A stretch of DNA of 64,000 nt from Camelus ferus (Eukaryota), in assembly GCF_009834535.1 (NCBI RefSeq), contig NC_045697.1:34536001-34600000 (forward strand), given 5' to 3'. How positions within the stretch are numbered: position 1 is the stretch's first letter; every line of letters begins with the position of its first letter. The translations under genes were made by a program, and so were the position numbers. Below, piece by piece: positions 28,636-40,194 of the stretch. The notes beneath the pieces were generated by a model that did not search any database, had not been told where the DNA came from, and saw only the letters and a list, made by a program, of their open reading frames with translations.

Positions 28636-28744
28636 CTTGCAATAATCATAGTCCAGTTGTACATAACAGGTAAGGTGATGCAAAACAGCCAGTTGTAATA
28701 TATGTTTCCCGAGGGATCAATAACCTGTGACTTCCTTCTTCTCC
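28636..28744 (-). CDS. CNGA1: CNGA1 coding exon 6 ([35 protein letters not shown]); carries an apparent +1 frameshift
   Basis: tgctag| acceptor and |gtgtct donor give 109 nt; EKKEV and VIDPSGN lie in different frames. Confidence 0.9.
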
Positions 28745-29983
28745 CTAGCAGCAATTAGAAATAAAGGGAAGGTTACCAAGAAACAGGATTATTTTTGTTT
28801 CACGTATCAAATATGGTTATGCCCACCACCCACAATTAATGAAACAGAAACAAGGTGAAGCTTACTCTACAGTGGGAAGATTAGCTTGGCATAAGTGCAT
28901 CAGAAACTAGTGAGGGGTGGATAGTTAAATTACTAGTCTTACTACGTTAAACCATGCTTTAGAAATTTATTAAAGCCCTTGTTTTCCTGTGATGCTGCAG
29001 CTACTGAGAGGGAATAATAGCATAGATCAAGCCAAACTGGCTATTCCACAGACCCCTTCAGCAGGTTACTGGTGGTGGGAGAATGGTAGTTTTGCCACTA
29101 CCCCTACTGGGTAACAAAACAATCAGGGACCGCACTGGGAGGGGGAACTGACTTCCTTCTCATCTGTATAGAGAGAAGAATATAACACAATCTAATAAAA
29201 AGTACTTGTTCTTAAGTGTGTATGAAGACTTGAGAGCGAAGAAGGCAAAAGAATGGAAGGAAGGAAGGGTCTATATGATCAAATGGACATTTTTTAAAAG
29301 TTTCTGGTATCCAGCTTATATTTTTAAGGACTTTTCCTTTTATACAACTGTCAGCAAGTTCTAACAGGCACAAATAATGAAACCATTGTCTGGTAGTTTT
29401 CTTTGAGTAAGTTTAGAAAATAATTTTTTCTTTAATAACAAGTAAAAAGATAGCTCTGAAAATATCACTCAGCCTTACCCTTGTGAAATTCTAACTCTCA
29501 GATGTTTGCTTTAAAAAGAATCTTTCAAATGGCTGGTATTTTGATAGCATTTAAACTGCCCTCAAAACTAGGCATGGCTTTTGCAATAAGACTACTTTAC
29601 TTTGGAGTATTTGCCACACTGTGTTTATGACTCAAAAATGTTAGTGAAATTATTAAATTTTTATTTCAATTTTAAAAATTGATGTTAAGATCCTAGAAAC
29701 CCAGTTTTCCTTGGATCTTAAACATGTCCCAGTGGTAAGTTTTTCTCACCAGTGCTTCAGGAAGGAAATTAACCATAACATTCAAAATTCTTGATGAGAA
29801 AACTAAGACTAAGGTTAACATTACTAATTTTAAGGAAAGTAGAAAAAATTAAATTCATATTTTATAACAATTTATTTAGTCTTTACACAGTACCTATTTA
29901 CTATAAACTTGCAGGAAATTATCCCTGCATCCAAAACCCTTCACATATTTATTCCTAATTTCAATACCAATAAAAATAGTTAC

Positions 29984-30094
29984 CCCTCTTTCTTATCTTT
30001 GCCTTTCTCCTCTTTCTTCTTCTTGTCTTTGTCCTTTTCTTTCTTCTTTTTCTTCTCTGAGTCCTTTTTATTTTCATTTTTATCATCTGGCTTG
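29984..30094 (-). CDS. CNGA1: CNGA1 coding exon 5 (Lys/Glu-rich KPDDKNENKKDSEKKKKKEKDKDKKKKEEKGKDKKE)
   Basis: 111 nt, ctttttcag| acceptor, |gtaact donor; lies within ORF 29980..30165. Confidence 0.94.
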
Positions 30095-30182
30095 CTGAAA
30101 AAGTGAGAGCTATAGTTAGTAAAACACGAAAATGTTACGGGCAGAAAAAATGTGGGATAGTTCATTCCAAAGTCTTATTTAC

Positions 30183-30224
30183 CTCTTCTTTTCCTTTTTC
30201 TTTTTCTTTTTTTCTTTTGGTTCT
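30183..30224 (-). CDS. CNGA1: CNGA1 coding exon 4 (EPKEKKKKKKEKK)
   Basis: 42 nt, ttttctatag| acceptor, |gtaaat donor; 88-nt intron to the next exon. Confidence 0.93.
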
Positions 30225-30577
30225 CTATAGAAAAAACAATACCTCTGTCACATAATCAAGTTACATTATGACTTCCATTCTTATTTACTTTCCTTCCCAT
30301 TGGGTAAGAATTCTGCACTTTGCATTCAAAGACATGTCCCCCGTGCTCAGAGACCAGAAATCTGATCTCCTAATACAGAATTCTACAAAAAAATGGATAT
30401 GCACCCAGATAATAAAACAAATGAACAAAAATTCCTGGGAATTAGTGCATGTGGAAAATGGAGGTGGATAAAGGTATAAACTTGAAGGAAATTTAAGAAA
30501 CAACAGTCTCTAGGAGTGCACTCTCAAAGTCTCAATGCATACCCAAAAATAGTTACTTAAAATTTAAGCTTCTTGAA

Positions 30578-30700
30578 GGAGGAGGCTATAACTCAGTGAT
30601 GGAGTGCGTGCTTAGCATGCACAAGGTCCTGGGTTCAATCCCCAGTACCTCCATTAAAAAATAATATATATATATATATTTTTTAACCACCCCTACAAGA
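30578..30700 (+). mobile_element. tRNA-Ala-derived SINE
   Basis: Same head; imperfect TSD TTTAAGCT[T/C]CTTGA. Confidence 0.85.
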
Positions 30701-30959
30701 AGAGTTTAAGCTCCTTGATGTCACTTATATTCATACGTGAGTAAGAGCTTTGAGAATGTCAAGAAAATGCCATCAGTTTTCTCTAGAGAAGTAATCCTGG
30801 CTGAAGCAGTTTTTTTATGAGACGTCAAAAAGCTCTGTGGTAACACAGTGGAATCCTAATTCTTAGAATCATTCACTGGATTTGAGGTCACTTTCTTCTA
30901 TATACAGTTTCTTCTTGAGTAAAGAGTATGTAATTAGAGGCCTCTCCTCGCAGTTGGTT

Positions 30960-33900
30960 TTCCCTTTCAGCAGAAAAGTGGGTTCTGGAGTCAGACAGAC
31001 CGACAGTCATAGTAGGTTGCCGTTGTTGGCTCAGTTGTCCTGGGAAAATGTATCATTCAGATATGAATGAATGGGCATCTCATTGTCACAGAGATAGCCA
31101 GAGAAGGCTGCTAAAGGGAAGCAGGTCTAAACCCAGGCCTCAAAGTATGGATAAGAGTTGGAGAGGTTAAGAAGAGAAAGGATGTTAAAGGGAGGGAAAT
31201 TTGTAGGTGCAAATATACAAATGAACTCAGTCTGGGTAGCAATGGCCCAGCAGAAGTGGAGCACTGCTACTGAGGAGAAATAGGAGATAAAATTGACAAG
31301 GAGATGGGGCTTGGCACCTAAGGTTGTCATGTACAAATAGGAACAAAACATAAAGCTGGATCAGGTGGAATTGATTGCTAAGGGAGCACACTCCTATGAT
31401 GCAGGATTTAACACCCCAGCATAGATCCTAGGAGGTGGTGCTGATGCACTTCTTGGATGGCTCTTAGAAGCTCAGAAAAGGTGATGGCTCACACTAAGTG
31501 AAATAGAAATTACAAAATGCCATGGCAGATGGTGGAGGAAGGTGTTAGAAAGAGAAGTGGTATACTTAACTGGGTATATTAAGGAAAACAGCCCACCAAC
31601 TGATTACGTTCCCTAAGAGGGCTCAGAGGTACAAAGCGATAAGGAATGTGCAGGTGAGAGGGACACCAGAAGCTCAGTGGTGTTGTCCTCTGTGGACCAG
31701 GGCTGATAGTGAGAGATGCTAAACTGAATACAGAGCTAGATTCCCTGTGAGCAACAGACAACAGGATCTAGAAATCACAGAGACCAATGACAGTGCTTAC
31801 CCATCAGAAGAGAAATGGGTCTGATAATCATAGTTAGCGTAAGGTGAGCACAGTAGCCAGGGTCTTAACCCACACAGAGCTACGGAAGAGGATAATAGGC
31901 ACTGCATTCCTAGATAGATGGGCATCCCATTGGCTTGTTAGGGTACTGTTTAACATATATAATTTTTTTTAAAAAATCAGGAATGGATGATCAGGAGATT
32001 GATGGCAACTTACCCCAGTAAAAAGTCACAACTCCTTAAATAGTTCCTAAACCTGAGCTAGTTCTCAGAAACGACACTATTGACTGAAGGAGAAGCCAGG
32101 CCCCCATAAAGAAGGACTCTGCAACACTGTGACAAGTATATTCAGTAATAATTTCCCGTCTTTCCTCCAAAGAAAAACCAACGTTCATTTACTTAGGTAA
32201 CTGTCTCCTGGGGAAAAAAGATTCCCTAGATACAATAAACATTATTTGGCATAGGACCCAAGTCAATATTGAGACCCAGGGATTGAAGCTTCATCATGCC
32301 CTCCATTAAAATGGGGGACTTAAGGGTGGCTTGGTAGTAATAGAATCCTGTATGATACATGACTTATGAGGCCTCCACACGGTCTAAGGACACTCCCGCC
32401 TTGTGGTCACTTTTCCAGTTCCCCAATGTAGACATTTTTGTAGACATTTTTGGTCCTCGGTAGAACCCTCATCTCCTCTAGTCCCTTGGCTTGTGGAGTA
32501 AGAGCTCACATAGTGGGGGGAGGACCAAATGGAAGCTGTACAGCTGCCTCCTACCTGCTGGCAAAAACTATATTGCATCCTGGACAGGAAAGGAAATGCA
32601 ATCCTTAAAGACCTAATGCATGCAGGGGTGGTGGTTCCCCATCACATCCCCATTTAATTCAATATCTGGCCCCTATTAAAACCAAATGATCCTGGCGGAT
32701 GGCAGGAGACTACTGCAAAATCAAACAAATAGTAGCCCCAACTGCAGTCGCTGTGGCAGATGTGAAAGACAACACTCACCCAATCAATACCATATTCCTA
32801 AGGTTCTGGGTCAGTCATGGTGAATGTGTTATTTTTCATCACTATCAGGGAAGAGGATCAGAAACAGTTCATATTCACACGGGGTGGAAAACAGTACGTA
32901 TTTGCAATATTTTCCAGGGCTATGTTAACTCTCTGCCTACTGTCATGACAGTAATTTAGGGGGACCTGGACCATCTGGACCTTCCTCAAGGTATCACATT
33001 GGTCTGCTATACCTCTATCAATGACATCATGTTGGTTGGGCCCTGAAAGAGGATTATCTAACCATGGGACAGGAAGTAGTGAGCTGGATTCTGTCAGAAC
33101 TAACAAGTCATAAGGTTGTATAGCAATCTTTCCTATGATGAAGAGGTCTGTCTGGGACTGGGTACGTGGCTTGGCACCCTGTCCCCAAGTCATTTACCTC
33201 TGTTACATCAAAACTATTCCTCACCTGCCCACCATGGCCATATATGGGGTTTGTAGGAGCAGCTGATGGAACATGATCTGCAGATAGACCGGCTTGGCAT
33301 GTGGATGCAAGCCAAAATGAGCTGTTGTCTACAATACAGCCCTGCTTGGAAGTGGCCTTAAAAGGCAGTGAGGTTAATCTTACCAATGGCACAGTTTCAA
33401 GCAGTGCCCAGTTATCCTCATTGTATGGAAAAATAAATGGCCCAAATTAAGAATATACAAGAACTCATGGGTAGCCACAATGCCTTGGCTGGTTGGTCAG
33501 GGACCTGATGAAAAAATATTGAAAGATCAGGAAAAATGGTTCTGGAGAATAAGCAGACCAAATGGACTTGTGAGCATGAGCACAAGGTTTAAAAACCTTT
33601 GTATCCTATGTTAATGCCCATCAAATAGCATATGCCACGGAGGAGCAAAACAACAACAACCAAGTGGACAGAATGTCTCCAGCATCTGACAAAGCCAGCC
33701 TCTGTCACTGGCATCCCCAGTGCCAGCACAGTGTGGATATGAAAGGGGCAATGATGGTGGCAGTGGTGGAGGCTATCTATGTACAGGCCCAACACATGAG
33801 ATCCCATTCACGCTGGTGACTAGGTATGACTCTGAATCAGCACCATTGCCTGAGGAAAGCAATCAGTCACTTGATGGCAAGTTAATTACACCGTGGAAGA

Positions 33901-34340
33901 GGCATCAAGTAACCTGGGTTTGAATCAATACATATTATGGATACTAATTTGGCTTTGACCAGTGCCACTATCCAGTGTTGGTTGCTGCCAGTTCAGTTTC
34001 CCTCTCTCTTGTCTTCCCTGGGCTGAAGGAGGCCACCATGCTCAAAGTTATGCCCCCTCTCCTAGGGGCAGCCCTCATCCAATGACTGTGCATGGGTACA
34101 AAGACCCAGTCCTATTGCCTAATTCTGGGACAACGCGGAAGGGCCATCCCTGCTCCAGAGCTTCCCATGGGATCACAGGGCATGTCAACTCTATTCTCTG
34201 AAGTTCAACTTCTCCGTCTGCCCAGTCTTACCCCCCTAACTCCCTTCTAGGTATTGTTTTTGACAGAACTCTCAATAATCATCTGCATACAAACCTCCAT
34301 CTCAAAGACGGTCCCCTGGGGAACTTGACCTAAGACACAT
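30960..34340 (+). mobile_element. Degenerate ERVL (HERV16/ERV3-16A3-like) internal region with 3' LTR16-like LTR (about 33960-34340)
   Basis: RT remnants PFNS.IWP..., W.MAGDYCKIKQIVAPTAVAVADV, QGYVNS, INDIML (YIDD motif); LTR end ctccatctcaaagac...ggggaacttgacctaagaca. Confidence 0.8.
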
Positions 34341-34641
34341 GGGCTCAGAATGGGAAGAATTAAAAATGATATTTCATTTATTTTATCAGCCGCCCTAGCT
34401 CTAACTACAAGGAGGGGCAATTGCATGTATGCTATAGACATGGTTTTTCTACACATATTCAGATATATACATACATATATACATACCACCTTTAACATGG
34501 GTAGCCATACTTTTCAGAGATAAATAACCAAATGACAAAACAATAGAATATCTTCGCCACTGTGTAGATTCAGATGTGCTTCTACCTTTTTACGGGTTTT
34601 CTTCAAAAACAAAGTTTGGTTTTCAATTGTCGATGTACTTA

Positions 34642-34731
<90 letters not shown>

Positions 34732-35643
34732 TCATCATAGTCACCATGTGTCCAATGTCCATGGTAAGAAACAGTCTTAAAGAACAAATTCTTTTCAGTT
34801 TCTACCCATTACCAACTAGTGCCTAGGCAATTTTTTAAAACATAGAGCCTCTGTGAAGCTTGAGTTGCTGAATATCAGTGCCATGAACCAAAGTAATTAG
34901 TAGATGCCCATTAATCAATGCTCACAATACATCACATTAACATCTTCCATGCCCTGAGTGAGTCATCTTGGATGTGGCTAACTCCCAGCAAAAGATCTAA
35001 GACTTAGAAGAGAAAAAAGACAAACGAAAACAGTGGGAAAGCTGAAGGTGGTCAGTGGGAAAAGAAACAGGAGAGGAAAAAAAAAAAAAAAAAAAAGAGG
35101 GAGAAAACCAAAGAAAAAGTAAGTATGTTTGATTGGATAGGAACCCCTGATCCACACCAACTCCTTCCGCACCCTCAGAGTCACATAGCTGAAGGTTCCA
35201 TGAGTGCTTCATTTCCTACTGAGGATTTTTAGCCTTTTTCTTCTAGTTGCTCACTCTGGTGCTCTACTTCCCTGAAAGCAGGGTCGAACACAATAGAGCA
35301 TTTTAGAGAATGACCACTAACCCCTCTCACTTACAGTTGCTTGGAAGAAGAATCAGAAGGGAAGAGGAAATCAGAAAGGACTGAGGCATGAGGTTTCTTA
35401 CAGGACAGACACAGGTCTCAGGGAAAATGATCAGCAAGAACGTTTATGACTTGGAGCCCCACAGACATGAGTTACCATTAGTTTCCCAAGAGAGAAAAAG
35501 GGTAAGAAGCAGAAGAAGCAATTTACTCCTGCGATCCTGCCGAGTGGCTTTGCCAAACCCACTAAGTGGAGGAGTAGAACACCATCTCTTCATCTAAATA
35601 ATAGTGTAAAAACAGATATGGAGGGGGAGGTCACATTGCTTAC

Positions 35644-35760
35644 CTCTGTGACAGTTGTCCTCTCCTGTGCATATTACTTCTAAAGGAATCTCTTGCATGG
35701 GGGATTTCACTCTCTGAGTCTTCAAATATAGAGGCACTGTCATCATCATCAGAAAAGGAA
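35644..35760 (-). CDS. CNGA1: CNGA1 coding exon 2 (SFSDDDDSASIFEDSESEIPHARDSFRSNMHRRGQLSQ)
   Basis: 117 nt, ctgtag| acceptor, |gtaagc donor, phase 2/2. Confidence 0.94.
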
Positions 35761-36558
35761 CTACAGTCCAACAGGAGGCAGAGATGATTTAGATTAATGT
35801 CTTAAATACTTGTTGGGGAATAACATTTCTCATTAGGGGGACTACTGCCTCATCTCTTCTCCTTCCCTCTCAAATGAACACAGACAACAATTTTTAATGA
35901 GAATGAAATGAGAACTGTGCAGAATACATAGAATTAGATAGAGTATATGCATGATCCAGTAAAATACATATAATTAAGAAACTACTTTCAAAGTCTTTCA
36001 TATTTCTATTGTTTGATGCATTGATCGATGTTAATATTTATTCAATAGAAAGTATGATATCTATACTTTAGGTCATATTATACAGTTTTCTGAACTAACT
36101 TGCAATAACATTTCCTTCCATTAAAAATAAATTCAACCACATTTACACAAGTTCTATTCATTTATAGGGTAACCACTTTAAATTACGCTTTTAAAACATG
36201 TTAGCATTTCAGACTCTATTTTTTTTCACACTTCTCTATGGCAATGTTATCCCTTCAGATGTGAAATGTCCCATGAGGAAAGGTCTTGCCAGTGACTCAG
36301 GAAATAATTGGCATAAGTGCTTCTAAAGAATGACCACAACAATATCTTACATTCATTTGTTAGAAAAGTTATGCTCTTCAAAAGTATACATAAATTCACT
36401 TAATTACAAAGTTCAAGGTTTCAAATTAAAAGTTAAACTGATGCAATAGCATACCCAGCACCAAAAAAAAAAAAAAAAAAAAAAGGAATTAAACCAAAAT
36501 TCAGCCTAGTTAAATTTAAGAACTGTGTAAAAATACATAGAAAAATGCTTGCATTTAC

Positions 36559-36665
36559 CTGCATGCTCCATTTTCCATCCTTCTTATTTCCTTTTCAATA
36601 TCTGGTACAATCATATTGGGAATATTTACAAAAGAGTGCCATGTGTTGATAATATTTTTCTTCAT
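36559..36665 (-). CDS. CNGA1: CNGA1 first coding exon ([35 protein letters not shown])
   Basis: ATG at 36665 in ACCATG context; exon starts at 36679 after ctctccag|; |gtaaat donor at 36558. Confidence 0.96.
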
Positions 36666-37754
36666 GGTTAGTTTGATATCTGGAGAGAAAAAAAGTCTTG
36701 TAAGTAGGAAAACTTACTATATATTTACTATGTAATCAAAAGTTTCACTCTACCATTCTTCTAAGGCCTTAATAACAATCTTATTCCTGGTTTTATGTAG
36801 GAATTTTTTTTAATAGAATACAGTCACGATCTAAGCCTTTATTACCACTAGCCAGGTTTTTGTATACTTTTTTAATATTCAAGAATGTACCAGAAGTGCA
36901 GAGCTCTTTTTCTTTTTTTCAATCTGGATTTACCCCAGCTTTGAAAATTTAGGCAATGTAGGTGTAGAACAAAACTGTAGGGACCTTACCTTCATATAAA
37001 CAATTAAGGAACCAAAAAAAAGCAGTAAAATAAAATACCAAAATGCGTGTGATCAGTTGAATTACTACAGGCATCCAGAAAAAAAAAAAGAGGGTCTTGA
37101 GTGGTATTCAAACTTTGGAGTGAATAAAGATGAAACTGATCCACTTTTTAGCAAGTCCCATAAATTATTCTGATACATATAGTGCTCAGCTTCCCACACA
37201 ACCAGTTCAGGGATCAGGAAAATGCCAAGAACCAACAGATCCTGATCTCCAAGTCCCACCCAGCAGCACGTTCAAGCCCGGGTTCACACAGGTGAATGAG
37301 GCACAGGCACACCCGCTCGTCCTCTTCTTTCCCCAGGCTCTGCCAGCGCCGAGGGACAATGCCCCTGCGCTCTTGACTACCACAAGTTCTTCACTTGGTC
37401 TCTGCTGTGCTGCAGTGATATGGCCTGGAACTTTGAGAAGTTCCCGGTGGGCCCGGACAGTGTGCCTGTGCACAGGTACAGCCACTGCTTTCTGACCATG
37501 GACATGGAGCTGGACATTGATGCCCTGCTGTCCCCAGGGCCCAGTTGTGCCTAGGGCATGCCCCCTCCTACCACTGCACCCCCACCCCTACCAGTCACAC
37601 CACTGCCCTCTGGGGATTTCATCACCATGATGTTTCCTCTAAACTTGCATGGAAGAAAGACTTGACGTCCAGGAAACTCCACCTAGATGGGCACTAAGTG
37701 TCCATATCAGCACCCCCTCTCCCAGACCAAGGCTCCCCACTAATAAAGTGCAGG

Positions 37755-38245
37755 TGTCAGCAGGAAAACAAAAGGAAACTGAGGACAAAAAATTGTTGCC
37801 TGGCACTTCTGTAAACAAAGATGTTGCCTGCCCTTCTGTTAAACAACAAATGAATGTTGCCCGCCATCAAGCCATTAGCCACTGCAGCCACCAGGATAGG
37901 TGGTTCCAAGGGTAGGAAAAATAGGATAATGGCCCTAGATAGTTAAGATGTTATCAAAGGAATAATTTCAATGACCCAAACTGTTGACTCTTCCCATACA
38001 CAGAAAAGCACTAAAATCATTAACTAGAGATGTCCGGTTTTTGTGATTAGTAGTAATCTTTTGATGTTCAACTACATGATTTTTTTCATCAAAAACCCCT
38101 ATGTATCCTGGTTCCTCATTTACCTCTTTGGATCAGTCCCTCAGAGCTATCTGAGAGGCTGCCTTCCTGGGCTACAATCTTCAGTAATGTCCCTGAATAA
38201 AATATAATTCTCACCTTTTAGGTTGTCTTTTTTTTTCAGTCAACA
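37755..38245 (+). mobile_element. Solo ERV1-type LTR
   Basis: TG...CA termini, cctcagagctatctgagaggctg R-region motif, AATAAA 38196-38201; no clear TSD. Confidence 0.65.
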
Positions 38246-40194
38246 AAACAAAAGCCCAGTATGTGTTCATGGGCTCCAAGAACACTGCCAATGTTTATCA
38301 GCTCTTATATTGAAGGTCACTTGCCATGGGTCCCTCTGATGAAGACCCAAAGAAGGTCAACATGCTGAGAGGATGACCTGGGGTGCTAGACAACTTCAAT
38401 AGGTCCCATACTTCCACCTTATCCTCCATGGCCACTCATTCATCCATCCCTCCCCTCCCCCTACAACACACACACCTAGCTTGCACTCCCAGCTTTTATT
38501 TTATGCCTTGGAGATTTTTCCTCTGTTATTTTTCTATCCCTGATCTCTGGGTTTTGGCAGGAAGCTTGTCTATGTCATGAATAAAATAGAAAAGCAAAAA
38601 CCAAAAAAAAAAAAAAAAAAAAAAGAGAGAAAAAGAATGTAAGAAGTCATTTGAGGTGGGGAAATGTATAAAACACACTTTGTTCTGTAAAATGTTAAAT
38701 CTTCGTGAGGATAGCAATAAATAGTGCTCTTTATTTCACCCTAGCATTCAAACAGCTGATGGAAATAATAGCCAGTAGTCAATAAATAGTAAACAGAATT
38801 TTTGTGATGTTTGTTAATAAAAGTGTGCATATATTTTAAAATATAATTAAAGTACTTTTTAAAGAAACAACCACTTTTTGAGAAGAGAATTGTTTCAATG
38901 ACCTCTTTTCAGCATCAGACTGGAATTCTGGTTATATTTACAGCATGCTGACTTACTATTGTCATCAATGACCACTCTTTCTGAGAGACCTCATGCCTTA
39001 TGACCAGGAAAAGGAGAAAATATGATTATTCTAGCCATTATAACATAGAAAAATTATGTGAGTAACATTACACAAGGACAGATGACAGTATTATCCAATA
39101 TGTCAGATAGAACCAAGTCTGGGCTTTGCTTGGATCTGAAGGAAAAAAAAATCACTTTCTTGTCCCATAATTTCTTGTTGGTCTAAGTGTTCCACACAGG
39201 AAAAAACTTTCTTTATATCACACAATCACCTTCTTAATACATAATCATTCTAGGAAAAAACCAGAAAGTATAAATAGAAAAATAAAGATACTCAAAATTC
39301 CACTCCAGACTTTATAACTATTTACCAACATATTTTCCCCACTGCTTCTATGGTTTCCTTTCTCATATTTAAATTTTAATCTATTTCGAATTTATCTTGG
39401 TGTAAGATGTGAAATAGGGATTTAACTTTAGATTTTCTAAATGGCTAGTCAATATTCTAAATAACACTAAATCAATAACCAATAATCTGTCTTTTCCCTA
39501 CTGATTTGAAATGCCATCATCCGAAACTTGCTTTATCAACCAGAAGGATTTTGATGGAGTTTGCATTAAAATTATAGAATAAATTGGGAAATTATTTTCC
39601 TTTATGTTTTTGAAAAAGCTTCTACATATAGATCCTACATGCTTATTAATCCCTAGATGCTTTGTATTTTCATTTCTATTGTCATTAGGATAGTTTTCCC
39701 TTGATATATTTTAACTCATTGCTTTTGCTATTTCATAAAATTATTTTTCTTTATTTTGAAACCAGCCACCTTAAGTAACCTTTACAAAAATTATTTCTAA
39801 TAGTTTTTCTGTTAAACAATTTCTGTTTTCAGTAATACAGTCAGAGTACTTACACAAATTCTTTCCTTTTCTTTTTTAAAGCGGTATCTAGCTTTGATGT
39901 CTAGTTACATTGACTAAAACTTCCAGAACATAATAAATAACAGTCTTAATATTGTAATATCAAAACTGTCTTTAGAGATACCTAGTGTGGTTCTTGGCTC
40001 TGAGAGTGTTTTTAGAGTTTCACTCTTAAGCATAATGCTGCTGTTTGCTCAAGAGAGATGTTTGATTCTGTTCAATAAATCTCCATTTATTCCTATTTTA
40101 CTATTTTAAAAAATTAGAAATTGAAATGAATGTTGATTTTTATTGAGGCTCTCTCACTTTTATAGAAATAATCATATTCTTCCTTAAAATTTTT

